Origin: Phoronis australis
Taxonomy: Eukaryota; Animalia; Phoronida
NCBI GenBank assembly: GCA_002633005.1
Contig: NMRA01000128.1
Coordinates: 88,051-152,050, forward strand
Direction of reading: 5' to 3'
DNA: 64,000 nucleotides
Shown: positions 49,887 through 63,600 of the stretch, one piece after another
Numbering within the stretch: the first letter of the stretch is position 1
How the letters are laid out: the number at the start of each line of letters is the position of its first letter
Program-made: the position numbers and the translations under genes
Notes under the pieces: model-generated
Seen by the model: the letters and a program-made list of their open reading frames with translations, nothing else
Database searches by the model: none
Told to the model about the DNA's origin: nothing

Positions 49887-52800
49887 CCAATCTTTTTGTT
49901 TTTCCTCCCTGTGACGTTGGTGCATGACCTGGGGCTTAACCAGCCAGCTAGCTATATGCAGACTATCGTCAAAATACAGCTAGGTACCACTGAGTGTTGA
50001 GCTCCGTTAGACCTGAAATTTCACACAGGCCAGGTAGCTCTGTTCATCACCTTGTGAAACTTATATCAACATGTAGAGCTATAAAGCAGCAGGGGAGCAT
50101 GCAAAATGTGGGAGTCAACTGACTCACCTTGCCCGTTACAGCTGTTTAAGTGAAAAACAATCTAATAAACGTCATTTGCTTGCATAGTTCTCCGCCTTTT
50201 GTAACATAGAAGTCAGTTGTCATTTTGAAAACAGTACGCTTGTGACACGTGTACACGCCATTTCCTAAAATTTTGCGACATCTCTCGGGAAATGTTATGA
50301 CTGCTTCGCAGCACCAAATTTTATTCTGAAATTCGGTTTGCTGGTATTAAAATGCTAAAAACGTGAAACAAAATGAAACTGATTCCCATAATTTGTTTGA
50401 TATGTACATAACCTCGTGGAAGAAAACAGTTGATTGAAGAATCGGGGAACAAAACTGGCCAATAAGGCAATAGGTGACAGCGCTAAAAAATGACCCAAAA
50501 GAGCGCACCACAATTTTATCAGCAGAGTAAACAGTGGAACACAAACTTTTTCAACACCGGTAAATAATTTAGTTTACTCACAGTACAGCCTCGGTGATGT
50601 TAGATGCGCGTTAGCCAATAGAAATTACCATTGGAAAAAACACTTTTTTACAAAAATGCAAAAGAATAACAAAGCCGTGATTTTTGATATAGACTTTATT
50701 CATAAACTAGGCTGTATTGAAAATGTGTGTTTTATACTTCAGGAACCTTTTAAAACCAAATTTTCAACAATCAGTAACTGAACTGGTAAGTTAACTGCTA
50801 TTCCTAGTAATTACATCATAGTCACATGTGAGCTTACCAGAACATCATCCTATTTGAGTAACAATCTAGCAAAGTCACATACAAGTATTTTGCACTAGCA
50901 AGATGTGATAATCTGTCAAGGACAGCAAGGTATATGCATGTACAAAGGACACCTCCCTGCGTCTATATGTGAAACTTAGGTAGATGCGCCTACATGTGAA
51001 ACATTTAAGTAAACGACCAGTTATTTCGGATACTGTATAGTCCTAAATATGCACATATGCAGTAGACTTTATCAGGACATTTGCATATCAAACGCTCGTT
51101 TGTAATAACTTTCTCACAATTTAACCTGATTAGAGTTGCTAATTACCATGTATAAAGTTTTGTAACACAAAGTAAACACAAAATTGAACGTGGCCTAATG
51201 ACATGGTATTTCCAATGTTCATGACAGCATAGTTTTTAAAAGCAAATTTCTGTGTTTTTACACCTTTTATTCCTATATGTTAAACCTAGCACAGCTCTGA
51301 GAACCTCACACAATGGGGGTGAAATGTTTGGGATTACTAAGTAGACATGGTAAGTCTCTGTGCTTCTCTTGTTATCTACAAAAACTATTAATTTCTAAAG
51401 TTAATGCCAGATAATGACCTACTATTTGCACAAGCCCAGTAGATATACTGATGACTTCAATTGCCCCCCATGTGAAGTAAGCCAGGAGTTAATTGTGAAA
51501 TTCATTGACATCTTCAAGCAAGTACCATCTACTTCCAAGGAGACTGGTCTAAAATAGCTATTCTGCTGGAAACAATCACTTTAACAAGACTGACAATGAT
51601 AGCCAGCTATGAACAGTAGAAAACATTAGATATTTCAACCAACTAAAGCATATTGCTCTAACCGTTACGTTTTGCTCAACTTTTCTAAATTCGTAAACGC
51701 CTCATGCCATTGAAATAACATAATTCTAAGTTCAGTTATTAAGCACATAATATGGCCAACAAGCGAAATTCTCTTTTATCAAATTTCTCAATAAAAAAAG
51801 TATTAAACAATTTTACTGGCATGTGTAAATGTCATAAAACAATTTTTAGTAAATTTTCCATGATTTGAATGTATTAAAGTAAGCATCTTAAGAAAAAGTG
51901 AAAAAATACAATTTTGGTAATTATTGTGGGAAATATTGAGCAGGATTACCATACATTTTAAATGTCTAACACAACACTAATTAGGTCAAGCCGAAATTTA
52001 AAACGGCTAAAATAGAATAACTTCAGTTAGCATCGGTGAATCTTCCTAGGCTCAGTGAAGTAGGCAACCGGGACTTGATTCATTCCACTTCGTTTTTATC
52101 ATCTATAATCAGAAATGCTACTACACTGCCTTAAAGGACAGAAAGAAAGGAATTGCCTACAAAACACAAAACTAAACAATGGTGCCCAAAGCTTGTGATA
52201 AGTAAACATTATGAGGCTTCAAGAAATACCAGCTTCTTCTTTTACAGTTTCTAAACATCATTCTAACAGTTCAAAGTCTCTTAGCTTTCTTATTTGTGTT
52301 TCAGCAGTAGGCTAGTCCACGCCATCGTTTTTTGACAAACTAGTACAGTATCCCTGACATCACTGAGGTTCACCTCTTCGCGGTCAATATGCACATACTA
52401 TTACCTTGCTAGATAACATTTTCAACAATCCGGGTACTGTGGTCTTTCTCAAACTGAATGGAACTAATGCGTGACATCACTGTCGAAAGACGTCACCAGG
52501 ATAGTATGTTCATTTTTCATATACCAAAGAAAACCAGAGCTAGAGAACGGAATACGTGATTGAATTTGAATGCGTATCCATGACAGAAACATAGAGTTAC
52601 AGTGAAAATTATTCAATTTGGGATACAAATAATCACTAATTGCTATATTTTTATTTTCAGAGGCTTACCACATTGTTGCAAATGCTCAAATTTTTAACAA
52701 ATGTTGTTTGGCAGTAACTACACCATGCAAACCATACTAAAAGTAAAGTGAACCTTCCTTAAAAGTCATTTTTGTTGAGAAATTTGACAAGATGAGGCTT

Positions 52801-52919
52801 TTCCTGTAACCCCTATTATATCCCGAACTGAAGAATGAGCTGCTGCTAGGTTCAGTAGTAATGTGAGTGTCATTTAGCTAGGACAACTAGACACATTAAT
52901 GACAAGTTAACCTGCATAG

Positions 52920-53080
52920 TAACTTGTTCTTGAAGGATAGCTTGTTCTGGGGTAACTTGTTCTAGGCCAACTTGTCCTGGGTAACTTGTTCTAGGGTAAT
53001 TTATTCTAGTCCAACTTGTTCTGGGTAACTTGTTCCGGGTAACTTGTTCTAATGTAACTTGTTCTGGGGTAACTTATTTC
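52920..53080. repeat. 14-15 bp minisatellite (taacttgttctgggg variants), about 11 copies
   Basis: Read directly from the sequence. Confidence 0.9.
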
Positions 53081-56000
53081 ACTAGCATAATCCGCAGTGT
53101 GGATGCAAATCTGAATACAAGGCAGAATGCGATGAACTATGACAATTACCAACTGCATGCTTGATAAGTTTGTGTCTAATCCTGTTTGTGTCATATTTGT
53201 CAGATGTAGGGTGAGTTGGTCACTGTGTGTCCGCTCTGCTGATCCAACGCAAGTTGCACCGGAATTTATTCGTAGTCATGACTAAATTATACTAATGCTT
53301 TGTGATGGGAGGCAAAGTTCACAGTACACATGTCTGCGTTTTGTCAAGTGTGCAAAATATTGAAGCTCTTCTAAGCCAATGTTCTTCAGTTCTAACCAGA
53401 AAAGAAAGATCTTGAAAACATGAATATGAATTAATATGTGAGAAGTCTACATGTCTTGCAGATGTGGGCCTGCACATTTTACTTGAAGGTCTCACATTTT
53501 CTGTCTGATGGGACTTTGGACCCATTATTTTTTTCCACCAAATTTGAGATCAGCATGATATTATGCCTCAGGGGTTCATTTAATGAAAGGTGATAGAAGA
53601 GACAGAAATTTTATCTTACCTCGGGTACAAGAGGTCTCCATAATTGCTAGGTCAGACAATTTGTATGCGATGCGATAACAATTAGCGAATACTTTCTTCA
53701 GTTTTTGTCCAAAGTCACTAGTATCACCCCACGTCAAAGCCACTCTCGTTGCATAATGCTGGTATTTTGGTGCAAAGCCAAACCTTAAGATTTCTTATTT
53801 CATCCACAAAAAAAACCACGCACATACGTTAAAAATTAATTCCTGTTATATACAAGATGGGTCGAGGTTTGTAAACAGTGGCATTTAAAATGAGCAACAA
53901 AATTGAAATTTGATGATTGTGTAGCTGATACCCAGAGTACATGCACTTGAACACAATGTTCATGGCCCCAGGTGATATTACTATTATAATTAGGGTAAAT
54001 GATCATCTTGTCTCAATATATCACATACAACACAAACTGCCGGGTATTTAATTAACATGAGTGACAGTTTTTAAACAGAATGTTCTACATCACGCGATCA
54101 ATTAATGAGATTCAGCACTGCGGTTTAATTACCTATAAAACAATTCACAGTAAATAGCATGGGGCACCATCAGATTAGATATTACCAAGTGCAACTGGAA
54201 TGATGTTCAAGACTGATAGAATGTTTTCAAAGTAGAAACTACAAAGAATAACGTTTAACTCTACTTCAAACAATGATTTTGACATACCTTAAAATCGATA
54301 ACTGTCTGGACAAGTTTACTATGGTGGTGTTCCTGTGTGAAAATTGGTGGAAATTATACCATGTATTTTTCACTAGGAAAAAATTTTGCATTGGGACACA
54401 AATTTGACCAATGTGGTTTTCCAATTCAATTAAAAAATTTCGATCATCTACCTGCATCATAAAATCACTAACATATGCATTATAGTGCACTGAGAGAGTT
54501 GTGTCAGTGTCTGCTAATAGGGGCATCATAACTTTACCGTACTCATGAATCGTTTTTGGACACAACCGTTTGTGCAATCAATCTTGTATAATGTTTTCAA
54601 GAAATATCTCTAGGATTCCACAATTTCGAAATATATGTGAACAGCGTTTACACGAGTTTGCTCAAGTAGTAAACAAAGACAAATGAATCACATCCACAGG
54701 TAATATATGATGAGGACAGGTTTTGTAAATATTTAAATCGATAGCATAGCCGAGCTGTTTTTGTCCTGTTTTTAAATAAGGGTACTGTTTTATGCAACCT
54801 GGAAATCAAACAAACCTATATTGTAATGAGAAATTCTATCTTCAATATACCTTGATGACACTCCACAGTCAATAATTGCAGAAGCAGACCACACCATTAT
54901 TGAAAAAAAATTGTAATACAACCAAGGTCATTATTGGAGCTCTCTTTGTTTACATTTTCAGTTTCTCATAACAATTCAACAAGACAGAATGTGATCTATC
55001 TTTCTGTCACTAAACCCAAAGCTAAATGTTTAAACCCCTTGTGAATAAGAATCTACCAAATACATGGATAAATTGAAGCAGAATGCTTATACTGCCATAA
55101 TAATAAATATTGAAACGGGAATCAGTGGAGCGTCCAGCACCCATCTAATAATTTACTTTCTTGACTCTTTCGCTAGAGTAAAAATGTTGACATCAGAGAA
55201 ACAACAGAGACAGAGTATAGATACAAGACAGTTCATGTAAACCTAAATAAAAAATAAGACTACAAACTTGCAACACATCCTCTGATACCCACATCATCAT
55301 CCCCTCAATTACTTTAGTTTGAGTCAACTTTAAAATCGCCTTAGTCTCCAACGCCTAAGGTTTAAAAGTAAAAGATAATTTTGTAAGTTAAAGTTAAAGC
55401 CTAAAGTTAAAGTTAAAAAGCCAAGACTCATATTGGATAGAAACTAGACCTGAAAGGATCCGAATTCTTTGCCCAAGAGGCCCGCCTTTATCCAAAAACA
55501 TGCGCTGAGAATGTTCCAAAATATGCTGAATTTTAAGGTGAAAACCAATAAAAATGTAAAATGAAATTTGCATCATCGGATGCCAAATATGGGATTTAGG
55601 TAATAGACAACACCTAGGCTAGTTCCTGTAAGATTGTGACACGTTTATCTCGTGACTCATCAAATACACCGCATTCCCTTTACAATATTATAACAAAATA
55701 TTGGCAAGAATTAACCAGTCACCGCCCGTTTTTGTCAAACGCAGACAGTCAGACCCTTGACGATAACTCCGATGGCATCGAAGGACTAAGTGTTTCCATT
55801 GTAACGAAAGGTCAACGTTTCGGTACTAAATCCACCTCTTCACTTTGGAGTTAACTTGCAATGTTAACTTTGATTTAAGACTTAAGTTGAGTGTTCCCAT
55901 TAACTGAAGCTTTGGTGTTACCCAAACTTCGTAACCAGTGGGAAAGGCGTTTTATTTTTCTACATTTAAGCACCCTAACCCAGACAATTACTGTAGAACT

Positions 56001-56513
56001 AAGTGTCTAAGTTGAGTGTTTCAGACAAAACTCAGTATGCCAGAAGACAATTTTCTAGTATTAGTATATTACTAAGAAATGTGAAAACTCATTATTATCC
56101 CCAGATGTGCTCCATCCGGTTATAGTTCGTTAACACAAGTAATTAAAAAAAAACAGTGGTAATTAACTCTGCAAACTAGGAGTCAACAGGTTTAAATGTA
56201 TAACAATATTGCTCATCAAAAGACAAATACAGTCAAAATCTATCCTGGAATCAAGAATCCAGTTTCAACTGAAGATCACATGTTTTGCAATTAAGTATTT
56301 TTTATCATGAGAGGAAATTATTTACAATTATGTCACTTCAAACCACAAATTTTAAGAGAAGTTGGGATGAAAGAAGTATGGAATTAAGGTTTTGCCACAA
56401 TATAGTAGACTGTAATCATAAATTGTCAATATTATGTCAAGTCAATTTCGTGAGACACTGATAATTTCAATTTCGGGTGTCTATACACGCAAATTGAATA
56501 AAAAGCAAACTAT

Positions 56514-56823
56514 AGGGCCTTTCATACTGGGGAGTTGCGGTCAGTATGAACGGCTAATTTCTGCCCTGGATCGAAGTTAACAGCACAAACCAAATTAAAG
56601 GTAAGTTTTATGTCATTTAGCAAATGCGAATGCTCCCAAATTATCACATTTCAAAAACCATAGCGTGCAGCGCTACCTTGTGATTACTTCGATGGCAACA
56701 GCTTCACCTACCGTTTACTTCGATGTCCGCTAACTACCGAAGCCAGTATGAACGGTTTAGTTTACTTCGCAGTTTACGTCGACACTCCGCTCAGACTGGA
56801 GTTAAGTCAGTATGAAAAGGTCT
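56514..56823 (+). mobile_element. Harbinger-like MITE family A, copy with both ends
   Basis: TIRs agggcctttcatactg / cagtatgaaaaggtct, with 3-bp TAT on both flanks. Confidence 0.8.
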
Positions 56824-57063
56824 TATGAATCTGTTTGAGACAACACTACACAAAAGCGTCCAGTCGAGCTGCCGCGTGTGACCCCCAAATACAATGCCAC
56901 GCACAGCCACAAACAGAGAACAAAAAATGTGATGATTTCAAAGTATGATCTATAGTGCTGCTTATTTCGTAATACTTGAATATATTTTAATGTATACCTA
57001 GAAGATGCAGAAGATAAAAGGTTGTTTCGTGGTTTACTAACTGGTAGGTGAAACATTTGAATA

Positions 57064-57221
57064 CCGTAATCGTTCGGGTTAACGCCCATGCTCAGTTAAC
57101 CGCCCATCCCCGACTTTAAGTGGATTTTCGATTTAACCGCCCACTGCTCAGTTAACCGCCCTCCCCGATTTTTTGGATTCGCCAATTTAACCGCCCAGGG
57201 CGTTAACCCGAACGATTACGG
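57064..57221. mobile_element. 158-bp pogo/Tigger-type (Tc1/mariner superfamily) MITE, TA TSD, polymorphic
   Basis: Perfect 24-bp TIR ccgtaatcgttcgggttaacgccc. TA at 57062-57063 and 57222-57223. The allelic copy shows the empty site with a single TA at 57445-57446. Confidence 0.95.
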
Positions 57222-59584
57222 TAGTTAGTGTGCCCAAGGATTGGACTGGGCACACCTATACTGAGAATTTTTCACCCCTAACAATAAANCACAAACAGAG
57301 AACAAAAAAATGTGATGATTTCAAAGTATGATCTATAGTGCTGCTTATTTTGTAATACTTGAATATATTTTAATGTATACCTAGAAGATGCAGAAGATAA
57401 AAGGTTGTTTCGTGGTTTACTAACTGGTAGGTGAAACATTTCAATAGTTAGTGTGCCCAAGGATTGGACTGGGCACACCTATACTGAGAATTTTTCACCC
57501 CTAACAATAAAAGAGCAATGCAAAATCCCAATCAACTTTACAATAAACACCAGGTAACAATAAATGAATGAAAAGCTACCTGTTCCCTAAGCTCTGTCAT
57601 GTCACAAATTGCATTTATTGCAGCTGAGTTGAATGAGGAAATAGAAAAAAGAAAACCGTTCACACCAGATGACTACAGCATGTTGTATACGTCAAATTTC
57701 TGAGAAAACATCTAGATATGCAGGTTACCAGAGATCGATTGATATCATTTGTGAACAATAACTTTGATGTCATGAAACAAATAGCTGGGTACATGCAAAA
57801 ATATTTAACATGGCGATAAATTACACAAAACACGAGGAATAATGTACGGTTTACTTGAATATCAGTCTATAAACAATTGCTTTGCAAACACGCCAGTATT
57901 TCAGTTCTCTTCATGTTAACAATTCAGAGATAATTTGCTTTTTATGTTAATGTTCCGCTTTGCGTTCAGGGTGCGGGATAAAAATACTCGTTTTGTCAGA
58001 CCACTTAATGATAAACACACTTAGCAAAGTTATTCACATTGGTGATAAAGCAAACAATGAAAGAACTCAAATCATATTCTGAAGGTTGAAACAGACAGGT
58101 GACCACAGCACTGCTATCCTGACAAGTTGACTATTAATGCTTGGGTGATCATGTGACTGGAATTCAGCAGCTAGGAAGAAGTTCTAATCATCTTGGTTGT
58201 GAAAAATGTTTGTAATATTTGGTTTACAATTCAGTAATTACATGGTTCAGTGACGATTCAGCGTATTAGTCATACGTCCACAATATAACAATGACTGTTG
58301 TGACAGTTTTGCTGACTATGTTGAATATTTAATCAGGTACAATAAACAAACCAATTCACGAGTTTCCCCTGTAAGTGGACGGGAGAGCAAGACTTGTTCA
58401 ATTGAATACTTTTTCAAAGATATCCTCTAAATTCTCAAAATGTTGCGATCATGCCATTACCAATATATTCAGGATTGTCACACACTCATCAGTCTTTCTG
58501 ACAAGTACATGTACGTACGCTCAATTTTGGAGCGAATTTAAAAACGCCGATGGTGTCAGTAACAATCTAGTAATGTGGATGTCAGTCATATTTTCACAAA
58601 AGTCTACTACAATATTCCTATAGTCAGCCTCAGTGCAAATAAAAATCAATTTAAATTAGTTCAATGAAAGCCTTAATACCATTACAATTGCAAATTATTA
58701 TGTACTCAACACCAGCTTATGAGCGAAGTAGATGTCCGAGGTATAATAGCTAACTTCACGCTTAATTTGAAGCTATTGGGTCCAAAAAAACTCCTCACTA
58801 TTCACAAACCGATAGCAAAAATGTATTATCATTGAGTGGTGTTTTCCCTATACTAATTATTTAAGAGAAATCTGAATTTTATTTTTAGGTCCCCATACAG
58901 TGCAATGCTAGTTGACTAACTCTACTCAGCTTTCTACCAGTCGCTCGTGCGCCCACACTACGCATGCCCCAACTAAAAACTGAGAACTGTGCATCCTAAT
59001 TTGTCCAGTACTGGGCCACACCCCTATTACAAGCACCCAACATAAATTATGAGGTGATGAGTTGTTTGATGAGTGGTTGTGTAACTGTTCTGAAGGTTGT
59101 TTCTAAGCCTGGTGAATATGATTGTTTTTATAATAAATTCCAGTCTCCTAGGCTAGAAGAAGGATGAATGCAATTCAATACATGGCAATTCTATTGTCCT
59201 CCTGTGACAAGTAAAAACCATAGTGGAGTTCCTCATATAGCTGCATGACAGAGTCAGTTCCCTGTGTCTCCTTTCGTTAAGCTGAATATACCATAGAATC
59301 GCCCCCCACCATAAGCATAAATGTCCCCAATGGAGGGGACAACTTCAACTGTGGAGTTGGCTTCCAAATACTTAGTTCCCACTGGTTTACCTTACCCTAA
59401 TGACCATACCAGTGATGTGGGTTAAATTAACCAGCTTATTTATGGAATTGAGAACTTATACCCTATTCATAGAGTGGTAGCACTTGACCTCAATGGACTT
59501 GAAGGCTCCACATGACACTTGGTTAGAAAACCATCATCATAATTCACAACCAAATTTTCACCTCAAAATTATACTACTTTCAAC

Positions 59585-59785
59585 TTAAGATGTGGGAGTC
59601 ACACAAGGGTTAAGATAGTTAGTCACTTTAATACAGGGGTACTCTCTTTTTAGAATCAGTTTTCTCAACTGATTAATGGTATCAAGGTGGTTCTCAAAAT
59701 CCAGGACTCTCCTAGCTAACTGTTTAATGCCCCCACATGTCTTACCTTCATTTACTAAACTTACATAACTATTCTTAAAGCTCAT
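59585..59785 (-). mobile_element. Possible highly degraded Penelope-like RT C-terminal fragment
   Basis: LARRVLDFENHLDTINQLRKLILKREYP loosely resembles the RR.CS...F...L..L...L..RGYP region. Weak similarity only. Confidence 0.25.
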
Positions 59786-61879
59786 GGCCAGAGTAATAAC
59801 ATAACTTTCATTGGTTCAGGAAGTAACTAAACGCTTATCAGCATTGATTGTAAATGGCTTAACATATTGAAATGGTTAAACTTGTATTTCCTTATGATCA
59901 TACTCCGGTAGTAACTCAGAATTATACAAATTACCATCAATAAAACTAAAAATTTTTCTTATTATGACAGCCCTTTATTTCTATTCAGAGGATAATCACC
60001 CAGAGAGCATTTATGAGTCAAAACACTTTAAAAAATCATTGGGCCGTGGCCAACATTTTCAAAATTTGGCAACTTAGTCAATTCACCCGCTAGTTATCTT
60101 TCAATCCCAAGAGAATGTAGAAACCAGTGTTGTCAATTTTTTTTTTGACAAATTCATTCCAAATATCTTAAAAAATTATTAAAGTCATGTTCAAAATAGC
60201 AAGTACAAAGAAAGCGTGTCTTTAATACTTTGCAGGAGTTAGAATTACATCATTTATTTGCTCGAGGACGAGTCAACCCAGCTCCCAAACATTATTCCCT
60301 GCTATTTTGACTATTCTATACCCTTGCACGCCATTCACTTATCTGCCATCCCCTTATCTCGGGCCACTTCGCATGACCAGACATAAAACCTGTATATGCA
60401 AATCATCTATGAAAAGTCTCTTCACATCCCGCCTGAATTCTTGATTATTCGTTTTAAAAGGATCACTTCAAAACTAGGCTTTGAAAATTAAACCAAAAAC
60501 AATGAACGTTCAGATACTGACAACATGCTATTGAACACTGTGCTCAATGTCTGTTGCCCTCATATGCCACAATTCCGAGAACACAAGTTTTGATAAACTA
60601 TCTATAATTTTGCACTGAAATTTGATAAAACTGGATGACATTGACAGTGTGTAGAAAAGAAAGACAATACAAAAATAATTTATTTACAAAAATTAGAACA
60701 GTAATGAAAGTAGTCCAGCAGTTTGTGCGCGAGTGGTGACGTGCCACCGCAAGCACTTAATAAAAGCCTTTGATTTTGATCAAATCCATAACCTTATACC
60801 ATACTTGGGATGTTAGAAGTTTCTACTAAAAAACAGGCTTAGCACTATCTGACTAGCTTCCAATTTAAGGTGAAATCAGGTGGCCTGATACATCGGACCT
60901 GACAGTATGAGCAGGAAAAATCAAAACTTATAGCTACAAAGCCAATTGGATAGCTGCATGCAGACTTAAGTCACAATACAGCTAGGCAACCATGACCATG
61001 TAAAATTTATATGGGCCTTAAAATTACACACCACTCGAGTACTGTAGTTCAGCTTGTCACCTGGTCATCAAACTTACAAAGGGCCTCATGTTACCATGTC
61101 AACTAGCAAAATGCGACCTGGGAATTCCCAGGTCACCAAATAGGGAATGAGCTTGATAAAACAAGAAAACCACAAGTGCAGAATTAAAAAACAGGACATT
61201 TGGAGCTATGTATAAGGAACACCACACTGGTCAAGTTTTTTCTTTTCTTTTCTTTTTTAGTCAAACAGTTAAATAAGAATAAATTGTGTGTACATAAGAC
61301 GCCCAATATCCTGGTTCACTGTTACATACAGAGAAAGTAGATGATCAGAGCATGTTATTAGTGGATCAGTGTGTCACGTCTAGTTTTTGCCGAACAACCC
61401 CAATTCCTGTCCGTTTTAGTCGTCCCGTTGTAGTATGAGCACGTTCCCGGGTGTTTAGAAGATTCCATAGTTTCAAAGGAAATTACAGGTGATTGTCTGA
61501 TTTCTTCTCTCTTGGTTGCAATTTGTGCTGACTTGTTATTTAACTAAAGTCAATACACAGAATCTGAGGACGCATTGATTGGGGAGCTGCAGGTTGCCAA
61601 ATCAAGCTCTGTACAGACAGGTGTATCAGCAAAATCTGGAATTTTTTGCGACATCTTTCCAGAGATGCTGACAACTTCACTGAAGCAAAAATTGTTCAGA
61701 AATTTGGTTTCCTGACGAAACCAATCCAGGTAATTTGTGGTGAGCTGCATGCAACCCTTGTTGTAAAAGAACAACTGCTTGAACAATGTGGGGAGAAAAT
61801 TGACCAATAGGTGGCACTCTATTTCATGACGCTGACTCATTATATTGCTCAACAAATTTAGCAGAAAAATAACAGTATA

Positions 61880-62023
61880 CATGGGCGGCGCAGCACTGAA
61901 AAAAGTGGGGAGCTATAGCCCCCTAGCCTCCCTCTCGTCCACCGCCCATAGACCATGGGCGGCACAGCACTGAAAAAAAGTGGGGCTGTAGCCCCCCCAG
62001 CCCCCTATGGTGCGCCGCCCATG
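61880..62023 (+). mobile_element. Tiny composite MITE family D (head-to-tail dimer of units of about 70 bp), 5-bp TSD GTATA
   Basis: catgggcggcgca...tgcgccgcccatg, flanked by gtata at 61875-61879 and 62024-62028. Confidence 0.85.
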
Positions 62024-62467
62024 GTATAACGTTAATTTTATGACCCATAACCTGTACGATTTACTGAAGGAAGTGTGTAGTTTTTAATCATATTGATTTT
62101 ATGTCAGATTGTATTCCACCATTTTTTACACACATCGTTCCATATCAGGTGTCCCATAAAAGTGAGCCATTTTTTGACAAGTAATTTGTCAGAAATTGAC
62201 CAATCGAATTGTTCAAATTTTTCACAATGTATCTTCAGGATGTCATCAACAAGTATCTCAGAGAACATAAAAAATTATGGAAGTAATTTGAAATTCAAAA
62301 CAGCAGGATGAAAAATGCAATATCACTGTGACTTTCATTGTGTTCATGCTGTGCTGGCACCTGCCAGTCAAAAAAAAATTGCCTGCCTGGGTCTCAAGTC
62401 TACTGTCTGTTTTTTATTGTCAAATATGAATCCAAATCATTTTTGTCAAATATTTTGGTTTGTAAGA

Positions 62468-63374
62468 ATGCCTTAGACTGAAAGTGATAAGTTTACAATT
62501 GAAACCTATTTCAAGGAGAAAGGGTGGAGCGGAAGAAGAATCGTAACAGAGTTCCCAGGAAAAGGGTAGAGTCATGCGACTGTAGATAGACTTATTGTTA
62601 AAATACGCAACAAAGGCTCTGTTGCGCATAAAAGTGGTAGTGGGAGACCGACGATTACATGTTCGAAAGAAAACGAGGATCGTGTTGAGGAACTGATTCA
62701 ATCCTAGGAGGACAACCCAGGAAACCACAATTCTGAGAGCAGTCGCTAGCAATTTAACCCTTCGAAAGAATGTGGGTATTACGGAGAGATCAAAATAATA
62801 GAAAGAAAAGAAAAAATTGATGCCGCTACTTGCATGACCGCTATTCAGCCGCTGATGTGAAAAGAATCATTTTCACTGATGAAAAAGACTTTACGCTAGA
62901 AATCACTAAAAATCGCCAAAACCGTCGATCGTGTCATTTTATGGACACTCATTGATAGAGCCAAAGTTAAAAGTCAATCAGCTACATGCAGTTATTGGAT
63001 GAAATCTTCTTCCAGATTGCAGGCGACTTTATCCTGGAAACAATTATGTATTTCAGCAAGATGGGGCTCCTTCACACATATGGAGCAGGCCACACCAAGA
63101 TGGGGCTCCTTCACACATATGGAGGAGGCCACACCAAAATACATCTAAAAGGATGAGTGGTCTTCACTTGAGGTCCTGACTGCAATTCCATGGGCTATGC
63201 CATGTGGGACACTCTAGGGGAAAATTTACCGCGGAATGACAGGCAAATTGGAAGAGCAGGAGTTAAAAAGACAGGATAATTATGTCATGGGAGGGAATCA
63301 TTTCTGGTTGGAAGAAATGGCTCAGTTTAGTCTTGGAGGAAGATGGAGGCCACATTGAGCATAAACTGAAATAA
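62468..63374 (+). pseudogene. Disrupted Tc1/mariner transposase (probably DD37D/maT-like)
   Basis: MP*TESDKFTIETYFKEKGWSGRRIVTEFPGKG*...GSGRP, IIFTDEKDFTLE, YVFQQDGAPSH (inside a 39-bp duplication), PDCNSMGYAMW and GGHIEHKLK*. Contains stops, frameshifts and deletions. Confidence 0.85.
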
Positions 63375-63449
63375 GATAGCTTCCCTTTGATATTTCATTT
63401 TTTTGACCTGATGTTTTTAATTTGACAGTACTCGCACAATTGGACACAA

Positions 63450-63600
63450 CATGGGCGGCACAGCACTGAAAAAAGTGGGGGGCTAAAGCCTCCTCAGTTC
63501 CCTGTGGTGCATCGCCTGTAGACCACTTGGCATGTGCGGCGTGGCAATGAAAAAAGTGGGGGGCTATAGCCCCCCAGCCCCCTATGGTGCGCCACCCATG
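63450..63600 (+). mobile_element. Tiny composite MITE family D dimer inserted in the Tc1 element
   Basis: catgggcggcaca...tgcgccacccatg, flanked by cacaa and cacag (4 of 5 match). Confidence 0.8.

Noticed and set aside
53619-53785. Open stretch of about 55 codons ending at a good GAG|gtaaga donor
   Set aside because: The open frame ends in phase 1, the phase-0 frame has a stop 10 codons upstream, the acceptor is weak, and there is no homology.
61550-61882. 110-aa minus-strand ORF
   Set aside because: Its ATG is supplied by the MITE terminus and no domain is recognisable.
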